A DNA stretch of 64,000 nucleotides from Patescibacteria group bacterium (GCA_038064195.1 JBBTTO010000002.1:205356-269355), one strand, 5' to 3'; numbered from the stretch's first letter, positions 48,918-59,369 are shown. Program-made: numbers and translations. The notes: generated by a model not told the origin, from the sequence alone.

Positions 48918-49589
48918 ATGCGAACCACTATCATTTTTGTCAGTTGTTTGGCAGTGAGCCTTATTATTGCTTTCAGTCTTATTTATGTTAAACGCTCATT
49001 ATCCCGTCCGGTTTTGGGCACTCAAGATAAATCGGAGACCATAAGTATGTATACCAGTTCGCGATTCCGTTTCCGTTTTCCCTATCCGTCCGGGTATCAC
49101 ATTAGGGAGGAAAATAACGGAAGAACGATTTATGTTAATGAAAACTTCTCTTCAAGTCCCTCCGCAGCTATCCAGATAATCCCAACCGACATTCTTTTCC
49201 CGACCCAATCCCTGCTCAAAAATGCTCAAGTTATCTGCTCAGGCGGAGAGGCGGGTAGCTGTTCGCAGATAGAGAGTCAATCTGTGGTAACTAATATCCA
49301 TGGAGCCACCGGGATAATCTACTATTTTAGACAGCAGCCTGATAAGAAGGCAGACGGGAATCGGGTCGTGGTGGGAAATAAAGGTCCCTTCTACGCCTAC
49401 CGGTTATCCGGTGATCGAGACTATATAGGTTTTTTGTTATTCACACCGGTTCCTGATAGGAACAAACTCCTTACTTTTATTACTGATGGACTCGAAATCT
49501 ATTCTCCCCCAAGCATTTCATCCAATGTGTCTCAATCCCCTATTCGGAATGCTTTGCAAGCTTCATCCTCTGCGCAGCAGGGTAAGTGA
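48918..49589 (+). CDS. Hypothetical exported protein (PsbP-like F.F.YP motif)
   Basis: N-terminal TM; YTSSRFRFRFPYPSGY. Confidence 0.55.
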   Translation: MRTTIIFVSCLAVSLIIAFSLIYVKRSLSRPVLGTQDKSETISMYTSSRFRFRFPYPSGYHIREENNGRTIYVNENFSSSPSAAIQIIPTDILFPTQSLLKNAQVICSGGEAGSCSQIESQSVVTNIHGATGIIYYFRQQPDKKADGNRVVVGNKGPFYAYRLSGDRDYIGFLLFTPVPDRNKLLTFITDGLEIYSPPSISSNVSQSPIRNALQASSSAQQGK

Positions 49590-50240
49590 GATACTCAGGA
49601 CAAAGATAAGAGCAAGATCAAGTCCCAGGGGTATGAGTAGATAGAGGACTCCCTGGTAAAAAATGTGAATAATGTTGTCGTTGAGGAGATTTTGCAGCTG
49701 ATGGAATGAGGGTGTGACTCCAAGTAAATACAGTACCCCACAAACAATAATAAGAAAAACTCCCATAAAAAGCGCGCCTTCAAGGTCTTTTTTACTTGAG
49801 AACATGGTGTTGCCAACTTCAAAGAGTGCATAGAGGATGAGGATGATCGCCAATGGCGTCTGCCACAGTCCATTTTTTTCAGTGAGAAAGAGCAGAAAGA
49901 TGATGATGATTGTTCCCACAAGAAAAGGCGCAAGTCCGATCAAAAGCCTGCGGAAAGGATCAGTACGGGCGATTGAAACACTTCCCAGCTTGACGCTTTG
50001 ACCATCAAGTTTTGGTATAAGAACCATTGCGCCAGTCGTTACAAAAAGTAATCTTGCCATGAGATAGTGTGCTACTTCGTGAATTACTGTCCCGGGGAGA
50101 AAAAGTATTGCCAGTAAATACACGGTTACTTTTATACTGCCGGAGAGCGTATAGAAGAAAAGAGAGATTTTCTTTTGTAAGGCACGTGATAAAAGAAAGA
50201 GGGTGAGAAGCTCTAGAAAAAACAGGCCGACAATTTCCAT
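49563..50240 (-). CDS. Membrane HExxH metallopeptidase (M50-like)
   Basis: PGTVIHEVAH, IGLAP, several TM. Confidence 0.75.
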   Translation of the reverse strand: MEIVGLFFLELLTLFLLSRALQKKISLFFYTLSGSIKVTVYLLAILFLPGTVIHEVAHYLMARLLFVTTGAMVLIPKLDGQSVKLGSVSIARTDPFRRLLIGLAPFLVGTIIIIFLLFLTEKNGLWQTPLAIILILYALFEVGNTMFSSKKDLEGALFMGVFLIIVCGVLYLLGVTPSFHQLQNLLNDNIIHIFYQGVLYLLIPLGLDLALIFVLSISLTLLRRG

Positions 50241-50746
50241 TAGAGATTGAGATTGGGTTGTTGAGAATTTTGAGTATCCTTGGTCACCTCCAGGAGTTCA
50301 ATCTCAAAAATAAGTGTTGAGTTAGCAGGAATTGTGCCTTGGGCCTGATTGCCGTAAGCTAACTCAGGGGGAATTGTCAGTTTTCTTTTACCGCCTATTT
50401 TCATACCAACGACCCCCTGGTCCCAGCCTTTAATTACTTCGCCATTACCCAATTTAAAGCTAAAGGGTTGGTTACGATCGTATGAACTGTCAATTTTTTT
50501 ACCGTTGGTGAGTGTCCCGACATAATTTACTTTGACAGTATCGCCTGTTGCAGCCTCCGCGCCCGTACCATTGGTAATATCTTCGCTTTTAAAATCTATT
50601 GAGGGTTGCGTTGTTTGGTTTGGTGTAGGTTTGCCAAATTCCGTAGTTGCCTCGCTTGTAAGTTTTTTTGACGGGAGATTAATGATGATAACCCCTGCAA
50701 TATAGATGACAAGAATAATTCCAAGGAAAGCAGCAAGCCGTTTCAT
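50240..50746 (-). CDS. FKBP-type peptidyl-prolyl isomerase, membrane-anchored
   Basis: [42 protein letters not shown]. Confidence 0.95.
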   Translation of the reverse strand: MKRLAAFLGIILVIYIAGVIIINLPSKKLTSEATTEFGKPTPNQTTQPSIDFKSEDITNGTGAEAATGDTVKVNYVGTLTNGKKIDSSYDRNQPFSFKLGNGEVIKGWDQGVVGMKIGGKRKLTIPPELAYGNQAQGTIPANSTLIFEIELLEVTKDTQNSQQPNLNL

Positions 50747-50805
50747 TATGTGGCTATTGTACAGGAAATATCTCTAAAAGTGTAGATCTATGCTATGATA
50801 CGCTC

Positions 50806-51654
50806 ATGCGTATTTTACAAACAAATGGTTGGGAAGATTATGAACTCCTTGATAGCGGAGAGGGTTACCGCCTGGAGCGATTTGGGGAGTACACTATTGC
50901 CAAACCTGATCCTCAGGCAATTTGGCAACGAGGTCTCCCAATATCTGTATGGAAGAAAGCTGACGCAACTTTTGAGAAAGAAGGCTGGGTGCGAAGGACA
51001 GATGTTCCTGAGAAATGGTTAGTGCACTATAAGAAGATTTCTTTCTATACCAAGCTCACTCCTTTTAAGCATACCGGAGTTTTCCCTGAGCAACATCTTC
51101 ATTGGGATTTTATCAGTCATGCAATTACACAAAGTAAGCGAGAAGTTAAGGTTCTCAATCTCTTCGCCTATACAGGGATTGCCAGTCTTATTGCCGCTTT
51201 TGCTGGGGCAGAAGTAACACATGTTGATGCTTCGCGACCGGCTATCGGTTGGGCAAGAGAAAATCAAGAAGCGTCCAAGCTGGCAGACAAACCAATCAGG
51301 TGGATTTTAGATGACGTAGTGCGATTTGTCGAAAAAGAAGTAAGGCGAGGAAATACGTATGAAGGAATTATTATGGATCCCCCAGTTTATGGACACGGGC
51401 CGGGTGGAGAGTTATGGGATTTCCCAAAAAATTTCCCGGAATTAGTCAAGCTTTGTAGTCAGTTATTATCAGATAAACCACTTTTTGTCATCGTAAACGC
51501 ATATGCAATTTCCGCCTCAAGTATAATGCTTGAGAATGTTTTACGGGATCATCTAACAAAAGGAAAGGTTGAGGTTGGTGAATTAGCTATTCAGGAGAGT
51601 AGCGGTAAAAGACTATTGTCTACCGGAATTTTTGCCCGCTGGTCAGCTGAGTAG
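50806..51654 (+). CDS. Class I SAM-dependent methyltransferase (RlmI/RlmK-like)
   Basis: YELLDSG, HTGVFPEQ, VLNLFAYTG, MDPP. Confidence 0.88.
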   Translation: MRILQTNGWEDYELLDSGEGYRLERFGEYTIAKPDPQAIWQRGLPISVWKKADATFEKEGWVRRTDVPEKWLVHYKKISFYTKLTPFKHTGVFPEQHLHWDFISHAITQSKREVKVLNLFAYTGIASLIAAFAGAEVTHVDASRPAIGWARENQEASKLADKPIRWILDDVVRFVEKEVRRGNTYEGIIMDPPVYGHGPGGELWDFPKNFPELVKLCSQLLSDKPLFVIVNAYAISASSIMLENVLRDHLTKGKVEVGELAIQESSGKRLLSTGIFARWSAE

Positions 51655-52173
51655 CTTGGCTGCGACAAGAGCGGCAAGAGTGGCATTTGCCCTCCATTCT
51701 CCCCGCGCTATTTCTTTTTTAAGTTCTGAAACAGTAATAACTCTCTGGGTCAGACTCTCATTCGGATCAAAGTTAGTCTCCTGGGTTTTGGTGACACCGG
51801 TAGCTTTTATGAAATGAGCCCTATGAGAATCCTTTGTAGTATAATCATAATACTCTCCTAGGTTTTCCCATTCTCCTCCTGTATATCCTGTCTCCTCCGC
51901 GAGCTCTCGTTTGGCGGACTCTAAAGGATCTTCACCTTTTTCAATATGACCTGCAGGGAGTGTGTGAATGATTTTATTAATGGCGTATTTATACTCATCA
52001 ATTGTTACGATATTATTGTCAGTATCCAGTGCGACAATCATAGAATAATTGGGTTTTTCAATGACAGAGTAGTCATCGATGACATTCCCATTAGGGAGTT
52101 TTACTTTGTCCTCGTAGACTTTGAGGAATTTTGTATCAATTAACGTTTTTCTATCTAAACGTTTCCAAGACAT
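51643..52173 (-). CDS. NUDIX hydrolase (ADP-ribose pyrophosphatase-like)
   Basis: LPAGHIEKGE...SAKRELAEETGY. Confidence 0.9.
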   Translation of the reverse strand: MSWKRLDRKTLIDTKFLKVYEDKVKLPNGNVIDDYSVIEKPNYSMIVALDTDNNIVTIDEYKYAINKIIHTLPAGHIEKGEDPLESAKRELAEETGYTGGEWENLGEYYDYTTKDSHRAHFIKATGVTKTQETNFDPNESLTQRVITVSELKKEIARGEWRANATLAALVAAKLLS

Positions 52174-52210
52174 AATCGAAGTTTAGTCTAGGCGTTTTTT
52201 CTTGTCAATG

Positions 52211-52281
52211 TCGGGGATCGGGGAGTTGAACCCCAGTCTCACGGCCCCCAGCCGCGAATTCTACCGTTAAACTAATCCCCG
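52211..52281 (-). tRNA. tRNA-Pro (GGG), CCA not encoded
   Basis: Acceptor CGGGGAT/ATCCCCG, anticodon arm CGCGG-CTGGGGG-CCGTG, T-arm GG-TTCAACT-CC. Confidence 0.93.
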
Positions 52282-52415
52282 CTTCGCAACGTATATTATA
52301 CATTATCTTGGTTTTATAGAATAATCTCTGTGAAGATATAAGGAAATCTGATATAGATTGCGACAGTATGAGTGCTTGTAAAAAACACGAAACTTTACTA
52401 CTATGAACTGACTTT

Positions 52416-53522
52416 ATGGCTCGATCTTCAAATAACGCTAAATCTACTGCAGTGATCCAACCTCAAACAGAAGCCTCGCAAAAACTAGAATCTATTAAAA
52501 TGGCGATGGAGCAGATTGAAAAGCAATACGGTCGTGGTTCGATTATGCGTTTTGGTGATGCTGCCGGTAAATTAGATATTTCAGTTATATCCACAGGTTG
52601 CCTTCCGCTAGACTTAGCACTTGGTGTCGGTGGCCTCCCCCGCGGAAGAATTATTGAAATTTATGGTCCTGAGGCATCGGGCAAAACGACGGTATGTCTG
52701 TCAACAATTGCGCAAGCACAAAAACACGGTGGGGTTGCCGCCTTTATTGATGCAGAACATGCATTAGATCCGATTTGGGCCGAGCGCATTGGTGTCAAAT
52801 TAGACGAACTCCTTATCTCCCAACCCGATACGGGTGAACAGGCACTCGAGATTACTGAGAGTCTTGTCAGAAGCGGGGGCATTGACGTATTGGTTATTGA
52901 CTCGGTAGCAGCGTTAGTTCCTCGAGCTGAAATTGAGGGAGAGATGGGTGACTCAGTCATGGGACTTCAAGCACGCCTTATGTCTCAAGCGCTGCGTAAA
53001 TTAACGGCTGTTATTTCCAAATCAAAAACAGTTGTTATTTTTACCAATCAACTCCGACAAAAAATCGGAGTGATGTTCGGGAATCCCGAAACAACAACAG
53101 GCGGGATGGCACTTAAATTCTATTCTTCAATCCGTATGGATATTCGTAAAATTGAGACGATCAAAGATGGTGATCGTGCAATCGGTTCACGACATCGTGT
53201 AAAGGTAGTTAAAAATAAAGTGTCGACCCCTTTTCGTATTGCTGAGTTTGATGTTTTTATCGATGGAATCTCGCGTGAAGGGGGAATTTTAGATGTCGGA
53301 GTTGAGATGAATGTGATCACAAAATCAGGTGCTTTTTATCGCTATAACGATCAGATGATAGGTCAAGGTAAGGCAGCATCCATTGAATGGCTCAAAGAAA
53401 ATCCTGATGAGACGAAGAAGATGATTGCTGAGATAATGAAACGAAGTAAAGACGGCGATATGCCTGTGGCTGTTGGAGTCGAGGAGACCGATTCGGAAGA
53501 ATCTCTTGCACCTGCAGAATAA
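52416..53522 (+). CDS. recA: Recombinase RecA
   Basis: [35 protein letters not shown]. Confidence 0.99.
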   Translation: MARSSNNAKSTAVIQPQTEASQKLESIKMAMEQIEKQYGRGSIMRFGDAAGKLDISVISTGCLPLDLALGVGGLPRGRIIEIYGPEASGKTTVCLSTIAQAQKHGGVAAFIDAEHALDPIWAERIGVKLDELLISQPDTGEQALEITESLVRSGGIDVLVIDSVAALVPRAEIEGEMGDSVMGLQARLMSQALRKLTAVISKSKTVVIFTNQLRQKIGVMFGNPETTTGGMALKFYSSIRMDIRKIETIKDGDRAIGSRHRVKVVKNKVSTPFRIAEFDVFIDGISREGGILDVGVEMNVITKSGAFYRYNDQMIGQGKAASIEWLKENPDETKKMIAEIMKRSKDGDMPVAVGVEETDSEESLAPAE

Positions 53523-53529
53523 TCCTCAC

Positions 53530-54012
53530 ATGGATCTCTTTAAAAAGTATTACGGACTCACAGCTCATTATTTAGCCCGTAGACCACACTCGACACGAGA
53601 AGTTAGAGACTATTTACTCAAGAAAAAAGCACCGGAGGATGTTATTGAAAAGATTATAGCCTCCATGCAGCGAGATAAATTTTTAAATGACTTAGACTTT
53701 GCACATTGGTGGAGAGAGCAACGAACACGATTTCGGACAAAAAGTGATCGCGTTATTCGAATGGAGCTCAAACAAAAAGGAATAGCTACTGATATTATTG
53801 CCTTAGTTTTTGAAGAAAAGACAGAGGAGACAAAGACTGATTTAGAAAAAGCCCGACTACTTATAGAAAAATACAGCAGACGCTTTGATGGGTTGGAGGG
53901 GCATGAGAAATACAGAAAAATCCAGATGTTTTTAGGAAGCCGTGGCTTTGATTACGAGACCATTAAGCAAGCAATTGACGATATATTAGAAAGAGGTTAT
54001 AATACGGACTAG
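53530..54012 (+). CDS. recX: Regulatory protein RecX
   Basis: Follows recA; YLARRPHS..EV, FLND.DFA, ELKQKGI, L..RGF. Confidence 0.88.
   Translation: MDLFKKYYGLTAHYLARRPHSTREVRDYLLKKKAPEDVIEKIIASMQRDKFLNDLDFAHWWREQRTRFRTKSDRVIRMELKQKGIATDIIALVFEEKTEETKTDLEKARLLIEKYSRRFDGLEGHEKYRKIQMFLGSRGFDYETIKQAIDDILERGYNTD
53975..54003 (+). promoter_or_regulatory. Sigma70 promoter for rny inside the recX 3' end
   Basis: TTGACG-17 nt-TATAAT. Confidence 0.65.
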
Positions 54013-54122
54013 AGTAGCTGGGGCTAGTCCTCATTTGTGGATATGATTTATATTTCATACTCACCATCTGGAACAACTATCTAAAAGGCTTTAATGCTTT
54101 AACCTCTTGTACTCTACACATT

Positions 54123-55394
54123 ATGGCAGATACTACCCAACAAGATCTTATAACGCTTGAGAAAAAACTTCTTGAGCGTCAGGAAAAGATCGAACAAAAA
54201 CAAGAACAGATTGACAAAGAAAAAGAAACTCTTCAGCAAAAGCGTGACGAGTATCTCAAAAAGCTTGAACAAGTAGCGAGTCTGACCCGTGACGAAGCCC
54301 GTAAGCAGCTCTTAGAGGAGACAGAGCGTGACTCAGCGAGTATGATCGCCCGTATTATCAAAGAAAAAGAGGAAGAGGCAAAAGCCACAGCCGATCAGAA
54401 GACACGGGAGATATTGGTTGACTCAATGCGACACGGAGCCCTGGACTATATTGCAGAATACACAGTCACTGTTGTTAAAGTTGCCGATGATGAGATGAAG
54501 GGAAGGATTATCGGTAAAGAAGGACGAAATATCCGTGCCTTTGAACAGGCTACCGGGATAGATGTTGATTTAGATGAGGAAGGCATTATTAAGCTTTCAT
54601 CTTTTGATAGCGTTCGGCGTGAGATCGCCAGACGTTCCTTAGAGAAGCTTTTGAAGGACACCCGCATTCAACCTTTCCGTATTGAAGAGATTGTCGATCA
54701 GACACGCAAGGAAGTAGAGAAGATCATGTTTGAGGAAGGTCAGAAGCTGGCTGCTGAGGTGGGTGTATTTAACCTTCCAAGTGAGCTGTATCAAACCCTC
54801 GGACGATTCAAGTTCAGAACCTCTTTTGGTCAAAACCTCGTTGTTCATACGCTGGAGGAAACCAAGATCGGTATTCAGATTGCCCATGAAATCGGAGCTG
54901 ATGTCAATATCGTCAGACTCGGATGTCTCTTTCATGATATCGGCAAAGTTGTCGAGGGGGAAGGCAGTCATGTCAAACTGGGAGTTGAATATCTCCATAG
55001 ATTTAACTTGCCTGACGCTGTTGTAAATTGTGTGGCAGAACATCATGAAGACAAGCCCTTTTCAAGCGTTGAGTCAGTCATCGTCCATATCGCTGATGCG
55101 ATTTCAGGTGCCAGGCCGGGCGCGAGATTTGAAGATATCGAAAATTACGCCAAGCGTCTTAAAGAGATGGAGGAGATTGCTAAAAAGTATGAAGGAGTTG
55201 AAGATGCGTATGCTTTTGAGGCAGGGCGTGAGCTGCGTGTTATTCTCAACCCTGGAAAGTTGGATGACGCCCAAACAGTTATCCTTTCCCGTAAGATTCA
55301 GGAAGAAGTCAGTAAGGCCCTCGCAGTACCTGGAGAAGTGAAGGTAACGGCTATCCGTGAATTCCGTTCTATTTACCCCGAACATACCGTCTGA
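54123..55394 (+). CDS. rny: Ribonuclease Y (no N-terminal TM helix)
   Basis: Coiled coil, KH (KGRIIGKEGRNIR), HD (HDIGK, EHHE, ADAISGARPGAR). Confidence 0.95.
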   Translation: MADTTQQDLITLEKKLLERQEKIEQKQEQIDKEKETLQQKRDEYLKKLEQVASLTRDEARKQLLEETERDSASMIARIIKEKEEEAKATADQKTREILVDSMRHGALDYIAEYTVTVVKVADDEMKGRIIGKEGRNIRAFEQATGIDVDLDEEGIIKLSSFDSVRREIARRSLEKLLKDTRIQPFRIEEIVDQTRKEVEKIMFEEGQKLAAEVGVFNLPSELYQTLGRFKFRTSFGQNLVVHTLEETKIGIQIAHEIGADVNIVRLGCLFHDIGKVVEGEGSHVKLGVEYLHRFNLPDAVVNCVAEHHEDKPFSSVESVIVHIADAISGARPGARFEDIENYAKRLKEMEEIAKKYEGVEDAYAFEAGRELRVILNPGKLDDAQTVILSRKIQEEVSKALAVPGEVKVTAIREFRSIYPEHTV

Positions 55395-55409
55395 TTTTTC
55401 TAAGATAAA

Positions 55410-55444
55410 CCTCACCTTGATCCTCTCCTGTGAAGAGAGGATGG
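55410..55444. repeat. REP-like hairpin
   Basis: cctcaccttg-atcctctc-ctgtgaa-gagaggat. Confidence 0.5.
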
Positions 55445-55486
55445 TAGGAAATAGTTCTATTTAGGCTGATATATCAAAGTAATCAC

Positions 55487-55515
55487 TTGACAAGTCTCCG
55501 TTTTCCCTGTACCTT
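55487..55515 (+). promoter_or_regulatory. Promoter of the HU gene
   Basis: TTGACA-17 nt-TACCTT; GGAGGTG SD before the TTG start. Confidence 0.55.
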
Positions 55516-55552
55516 AAATCTAATCATACTTTTTGAAGGGAGGTGAACTGAG

Positions 55553-55825
55553 TTGACCAAAAAAGACCTCATTGAGATTGTCGCTAAAAAATCAAATTTA
55601 ACCAATAAAGCAGCCAGAGATTCTGTCCAAACGACATTGAACACGATCCGTGATTCACTCAAACGAGGTGAAAAGGTTGTTCTGACCGGTTTTGGGACAT
55701 TCAGCGTTAGAAGCCGAGCGCAACGGGTGGGACGTAATCCTAAGACAGGCGAAAGAATAACACTTTCTGCTCGAAAAGCACCGGGATTTACGCCCGGTAA
55801 GACATTTAAAAAAGCGATTCGTTGA
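55553..55825 (+). CDS. hup: DNA-binding protein HU
   Basis: GFGTF, GRNPKTGE, F.PGK; TTG start. Confidence 0.96.
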   Translation: MTKKDLIEIVAKKSNLTNKAARDSVQTTLNTIRDSLKRGEKVVLTGFGTFSVRSRAQRVGRNPKTGERITLSARKAPGFTPGKTFKKAIR

Positions 55826-55894
55826 CAGTTGATGGATTGATACAAGAAGAGGAAGCCCACATACGGGAGGCCTCTTTTTGTTATAATGAAATGT

Positions 55895-56878
55895 ATGCCG
55901 GTTATTAGTATCGATCATTTATCAAAATATTATCAGGTACATAAGAAGGAGCCGGGCTTTGTAGGCTCACTTAAGTCTCTTGTCGCACGTAAATATGAAG
56001 TCGTTAAAGCTGTGGATGATATCTCTTTTACAATTGATGAGGGAGAGATTATCGGATTTATCGGCCCAAACGGCGCAGGCAAGACAACAACACTAAAGTG
56101 TCTCTCAGGTCTTCTCTACCCGACTAAAGGTAGAGTCAGTGTCTTAGGTCACACACCTTTTAATCGTAAAGCGGTTTTTCTCAAGCAAATCTCACTCGTC
56201 ATGGGACAGAAAAACCAGTTGTGGTGGGATTTGCCGGCCATGGACACATTTCTTCTAAATAAAGAAATATATGAGATCCCCAAAGCTCGCTTTGAGGAAG
56301 TTGTTGAGGATCTGGCGACTCGCCTGGCAGTTAAAGATATTCTGCATGTCCCTGTTCGCAAGCTATCTCTGGGCCAGCGGATGAAGATGGAGCTCATTGC
56401 TGCCCTCATTCACTCCCCCAAAGTGCTTTTTCTTGACGAGCCGACGATAGGACTTGATGTCGTGATGCAGCAAACAATACGGGAGTTCCTCAAGGAATAC
56501 AACGAAGCCTATAAAGCCACAATTATTCTGACCTCTCATTATATGGGGGATGTAGAGGCACTTTGTAAAAGGGTAATTGTCATCAATTTCGGCAAGATTC
56601 TCTATGACGGATTACTCTCTGACTTAGTTAAAGAGCATGCTCCTTATAAAGTGATTAAAGTAGTCCTTTCCAAAAAAATTGATCAGGAGAAATTAGATAG
56701 TTTCGGCGAGACTCGAAGTCTTAACTATCCTGAATGGGAAGTCCGGATTAAGCAAAAAGATGCTAACGAGACGGCTGCAAAATTACTCAAAGAATTACCG
56801 GTTGAGGATATAACGATTGAAGACCCGCAGATAGAGGATGTCATCGCCGGATTTTTTGTAGCAAACAAAAAAAACTAA
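55895..56878 (+). CDS. ABC transporter ATP-binding protein
   Basis: GPNGAGKTT, LSLGQR, LFLDEPT, TSH. Confidence 0.95.
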   Translation: MPVISIDHLSKYYQVHKKEPGFVGSLKSLVARKYEVVKAVDDISFTIDEGEIIGFIGPNGAGKTTTLKCLSGLLYPTKGRVSVLGHTPFNRKAVFLKQISLVMGQKNQLWWDLPAMDTFLLNKEIYEIPKARFEEVVEDLATRLAVKDILHVPVRKLSLGQRMKMELIAALIHSPKVLFLDEPTIGLDVVMQQTIREFLKEYNEAYKATIILTSHYMGDVEALCKRVIVINFGKILYDGLLSDLVKEHAPYKVIKVVLSKKIDQEKLDSFGETRSLNYPEWEVRIKQKDANETAAKLLKELPVEDITIEDPQIEDVIAGFFVANKKN

Positions 56879-56907
56879 TTTTGTTTTACTTTTGACCTTT
56901 ATTATGT

Positions 56908-57705
56908 ATGCGCTATCTCAGAATCTTCCTCATTCATTTCCACAGAGTTATTGAAAACAGAAGCAGATCAGTTGTTTGGACACTTTTATCAATTTTTAAT
57001 CCCCTTGTCTATCTGTGCTTCTGGTTTGCTGTTTACAAAAGTAGTGGTAAAGTAGTTGGAGATTTATCCTTATCTGAACTTGCTTCATATTACCTCCTTC
57101 TAACATTTGCCGGGTCACTTCTTATGGCACATATTGATGAATCAGTGGCTGAAGAAGATATTTACGAAGGAGGTTTGGTGAAATATATTGTTCGGCCTTT
57201 CTCTTATTTTTGGGATCTCTATTTTGGTGAGCTTGGATGGCGAATCTTTCAGGGAGGACTAAGTATTATTGTATTTGTTATTTTTAGTTATTTTCTTCAT
57301 TCATTATCGCATTTTGTCAGTTCTCCCATATTAATACTGCTAACTTTGTTATCAATTATATTGGCATACACTTTGTCTTTTATCTTCAGAATGATCTTAG
57401 GTTTTACTGCTTTTTGGGTTACCGAATTTAGGGGCGTTCAAAATGTGGCAGAAACTATCATACTGGTCTTTGCTGGATTTGTAGTTCCTCTACAGTTTCT
57501 ACCAGTATTCATGCAAAAGATAAGTTATATCTTGCCTTTTGCCTATATGATATATTATCCAATTCTTGCTATCCAGGGGAAATTAGACTTTAGTCAGATG
57601 GTTAAAGTCCTGTCGACTCAGGCTGTATGGATAGTTCTCCTAAGTCTTCTTTATCAATATATGTGGAGAAAAGGCCTAAAGCTATTCACAGGAGTGGGAC
57701 AATGA
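56908..57705 (+). CDS. ABC-2 family permease (type A, copy 1)
   Basis: 6 TM, DIYEGGL..YIVRP, LPF.YMIYYP, GLK.FTGVG. Confidence 0.85.
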   Translation: MRYLRIFLIHFHRVIENRSRSVVWTLLSIFNPLVYLCFWFAVYKSSGKVVGDLSLSELASYYLLLTFAGSLLMAHIDESVAEEDIYEGGLVKYIVRPFSYFWDLYFGELGWRIFQGGLSIIVFVIFSYFLHSLSHFVSSPILILLTLLSIILAYTLSFIFRMILGFTAFWVTEFRGVQNVAETIILVFAGFVVPLQFLPVFMQKISYILPFAYMIYYPILAIQGKLDFSQMVKVLSTQAVWIVLLSLLYQYMWRKGLKLFTGVGQ

Positions 57706-58496
57706 GAGCATCACAACTACTTAGAGTATACAAACAATTACTTTCCATGAACTTTTCAGTACTTACAGCTCACCGAGCTGCATTTGCTAATCATTTGATT
57801 AGTGGAATAATCTGGGGAATATTTTATTTTGTTGTTATGCTTTTATTGACGAATAATGTAAAGTCAATTTTTGATTGGAGTAAAGAAGAAATACTTTTAT
57901 TAGCCGCTATTTTAGCTATTATGATAGGGATTTTTAATGCATTATTTCAAGCTAACTTTGATAGTTTTCCTAACCTAGTTAATAAAGGCAAACTAGATTC
58001 TTATTTATTAAAACCAATTGACTCTCAACTTATTTTAACAATGTGGAACATTAAATTTTTTAGCTTAACCCGGTCATTAATAGGAGTTATTTTCATATGG
58101 TACTTAACTGTTTATTATCATATTACATTTAGTTGGTTAGGATTTGCATATGCAATTCCCTTTATGATTTTAGGACTTGGTCTTTATTATTCTATTTGGT
58201 CAATTATAACTACATTGACTGTTTGGTTTGACAGGGCAACAAATATTATTGAACTGCTGCATTCATTACAAGGTATTATGCGAATGCCTCCAGTAGTTTT
58301 TCGTGAGGTAAACGTTGTTTTGTATATGGCAGTGCTTCCTTTAACTATAATCGCTGCTACCCCGGTAGGGTTAGTTTTGAAGAAATCTAGTGCTTCTAAT
58401 CTCATTATACTAACTGTTACGTCCATTATATTTATGGTCGCTTGTCGGAAATTTTGGCTTTTTGCATTAAGGTCATATACAAGTGCGAGTAGTTGA
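57702..58496 (+). CDS. ABC-2 family permease (type B, copy 1)
   Basis: GKLDSYLLKP, ALRSYTSASS; ATG 57702 overlaps the upstream stop. Confidence 0.85.
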   Translation: MRASQLLRVYKQLLSMNFSVLTAHRAAFANHLISGIIWGIFYFVVMLLLTNNVKSIFDWSKEEILLLAAILAIMIGIFNALFQANFDSFPNLVNKGKLDSYLLKPIDSQLILTMWNIKFFSLTRSLIGVIFIWYLTVYYHITFSWLGFAYAIPFMILGLGLYYSIWSIITTLTVWFDRATNIIELLHSLQGIMRMPPVVFREVNVVLYMAVLPLTIIAATPVGLVLKKSSASNLIILTVTSIIFMVACRKFWLFALRSYTSASS

Positions 58497-58561
58497 TCAC
58501 GAATTGATGCGAATTCTAATAATCCGAATTAATACGAATTTATTCAAGTAAAAGTTAAAAC
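58497..58561. repeat. Degenerate periodic repeat tract between the permease pairs
   Basis: cacgaatt gatgcgaatt ... ccgaatt aatacgaatt ... agtaaaagttaaaa. Confidence 0.55.
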
Positions 58562-58573
58562 AGATATTTAGTT

Positions 58574-59368
58574 ATGAGGAAGTACTGGCAGATCACTAAA
58601 AATACCTGGGATGAGGCTCTGACTTATCGTACGAGTTTTGTTGTTTATCGGGTACGTGAGCTACTTCAGTTACTAGCCAGTTATTTTCTCTGGTTATTCA
58701 TTGTCCCAGCGAACAGTAGTTTTCTCGGTTATACGCAACCGCTTATTTTGACCTATATCATCGGTTCGGCATTTGTGAGTGATATTGTCTTTGCCACCCG
58801 AACGACTGCTATCGCTAGTGAAATTAATGAAGGAGTTTTGACTAATTTTCTGGTCCGTCCGATGCACTATCTTAAATACTATTTTGCCCGCGATATCGGA
58901 GATAAGGCCATGAACATAGCATTCTCGATAGTAGAGTTGACGCTTGTTATTATTATATTTCATGTCCCGTTTTTTATTCAGCAGAACATCTTTGTTATTG
59001 TGTTGTTTTTTCTTATTACGTTTTTAGCGCTTGTCCTTAATTTTTTTATCAGTGTTCTGATTAGTCTCATCGGTTTTTGGAGTAATGAAGGCTGGGGACC
59101 GCGATTTATTTTCTATTCAGTAATCGGCTTTCTTTCTGGCGGAATGTTCCCGCTTGATATTCTGCCAAAACCTATTTTTACTCTATTGCAGTTTTTGCCG
59201 TTTTCTTATCTTACTTACTTCCCAATGAAAGTCTACCTGGGGCAATCGACATTTATGTCAACTGTGCAGGGAATAGGGATGCTTATTCTGTGGATCAGTA
59301 TTATGTCTTTTATTACACTTAAAGTCTGGAAGATCGGTTTGAAGGCTTATACTGCTCAGGGGATATAG
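58574..59368 (+). CDS. ABC-2 family permease (type A, copy 2)
   Basis: EINEGVL..FLVRP, LPF.YL.YFP, GLKAYTAQG. Confidence 0.87.
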   Translation: MRKYWQITKNTWDEALTYRTSFVVYRVRELLQLLASYFLWLFIVPANSSFLGYTQPLILTYIIGSAFVSDIVFATRTTAIASEINEGVLTNFLVRPMHYLKYYFARDIGDKAMNIAFSIVELTLVIIIFHVPFFIQQNIFVIVLFFLITFLALVLNFFISVLISLIGFWSNEGWGPRFIFYSVIGFLSGGMFPLDILPKPIFTLLQFLPFSYLTYFPMKVYLGQSTFMSTVQGIGMLILWISIMSFITLKVWKIGLKAYTAQGI

Positions 59369-59369
59369 T

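Noticed and set aside
52211-52281. tRNA-Pro as the integration site of an island
   Set aside because: No duplicated tRNA 3' end and no integrase seen in the window
52416-53522. Intein or intron in recA, fusA or the helicases; LexA box upstream of recA
   Set aside because: Lengths are normal, no splicing motifs seen, and no recognisable SOS-box palindrome
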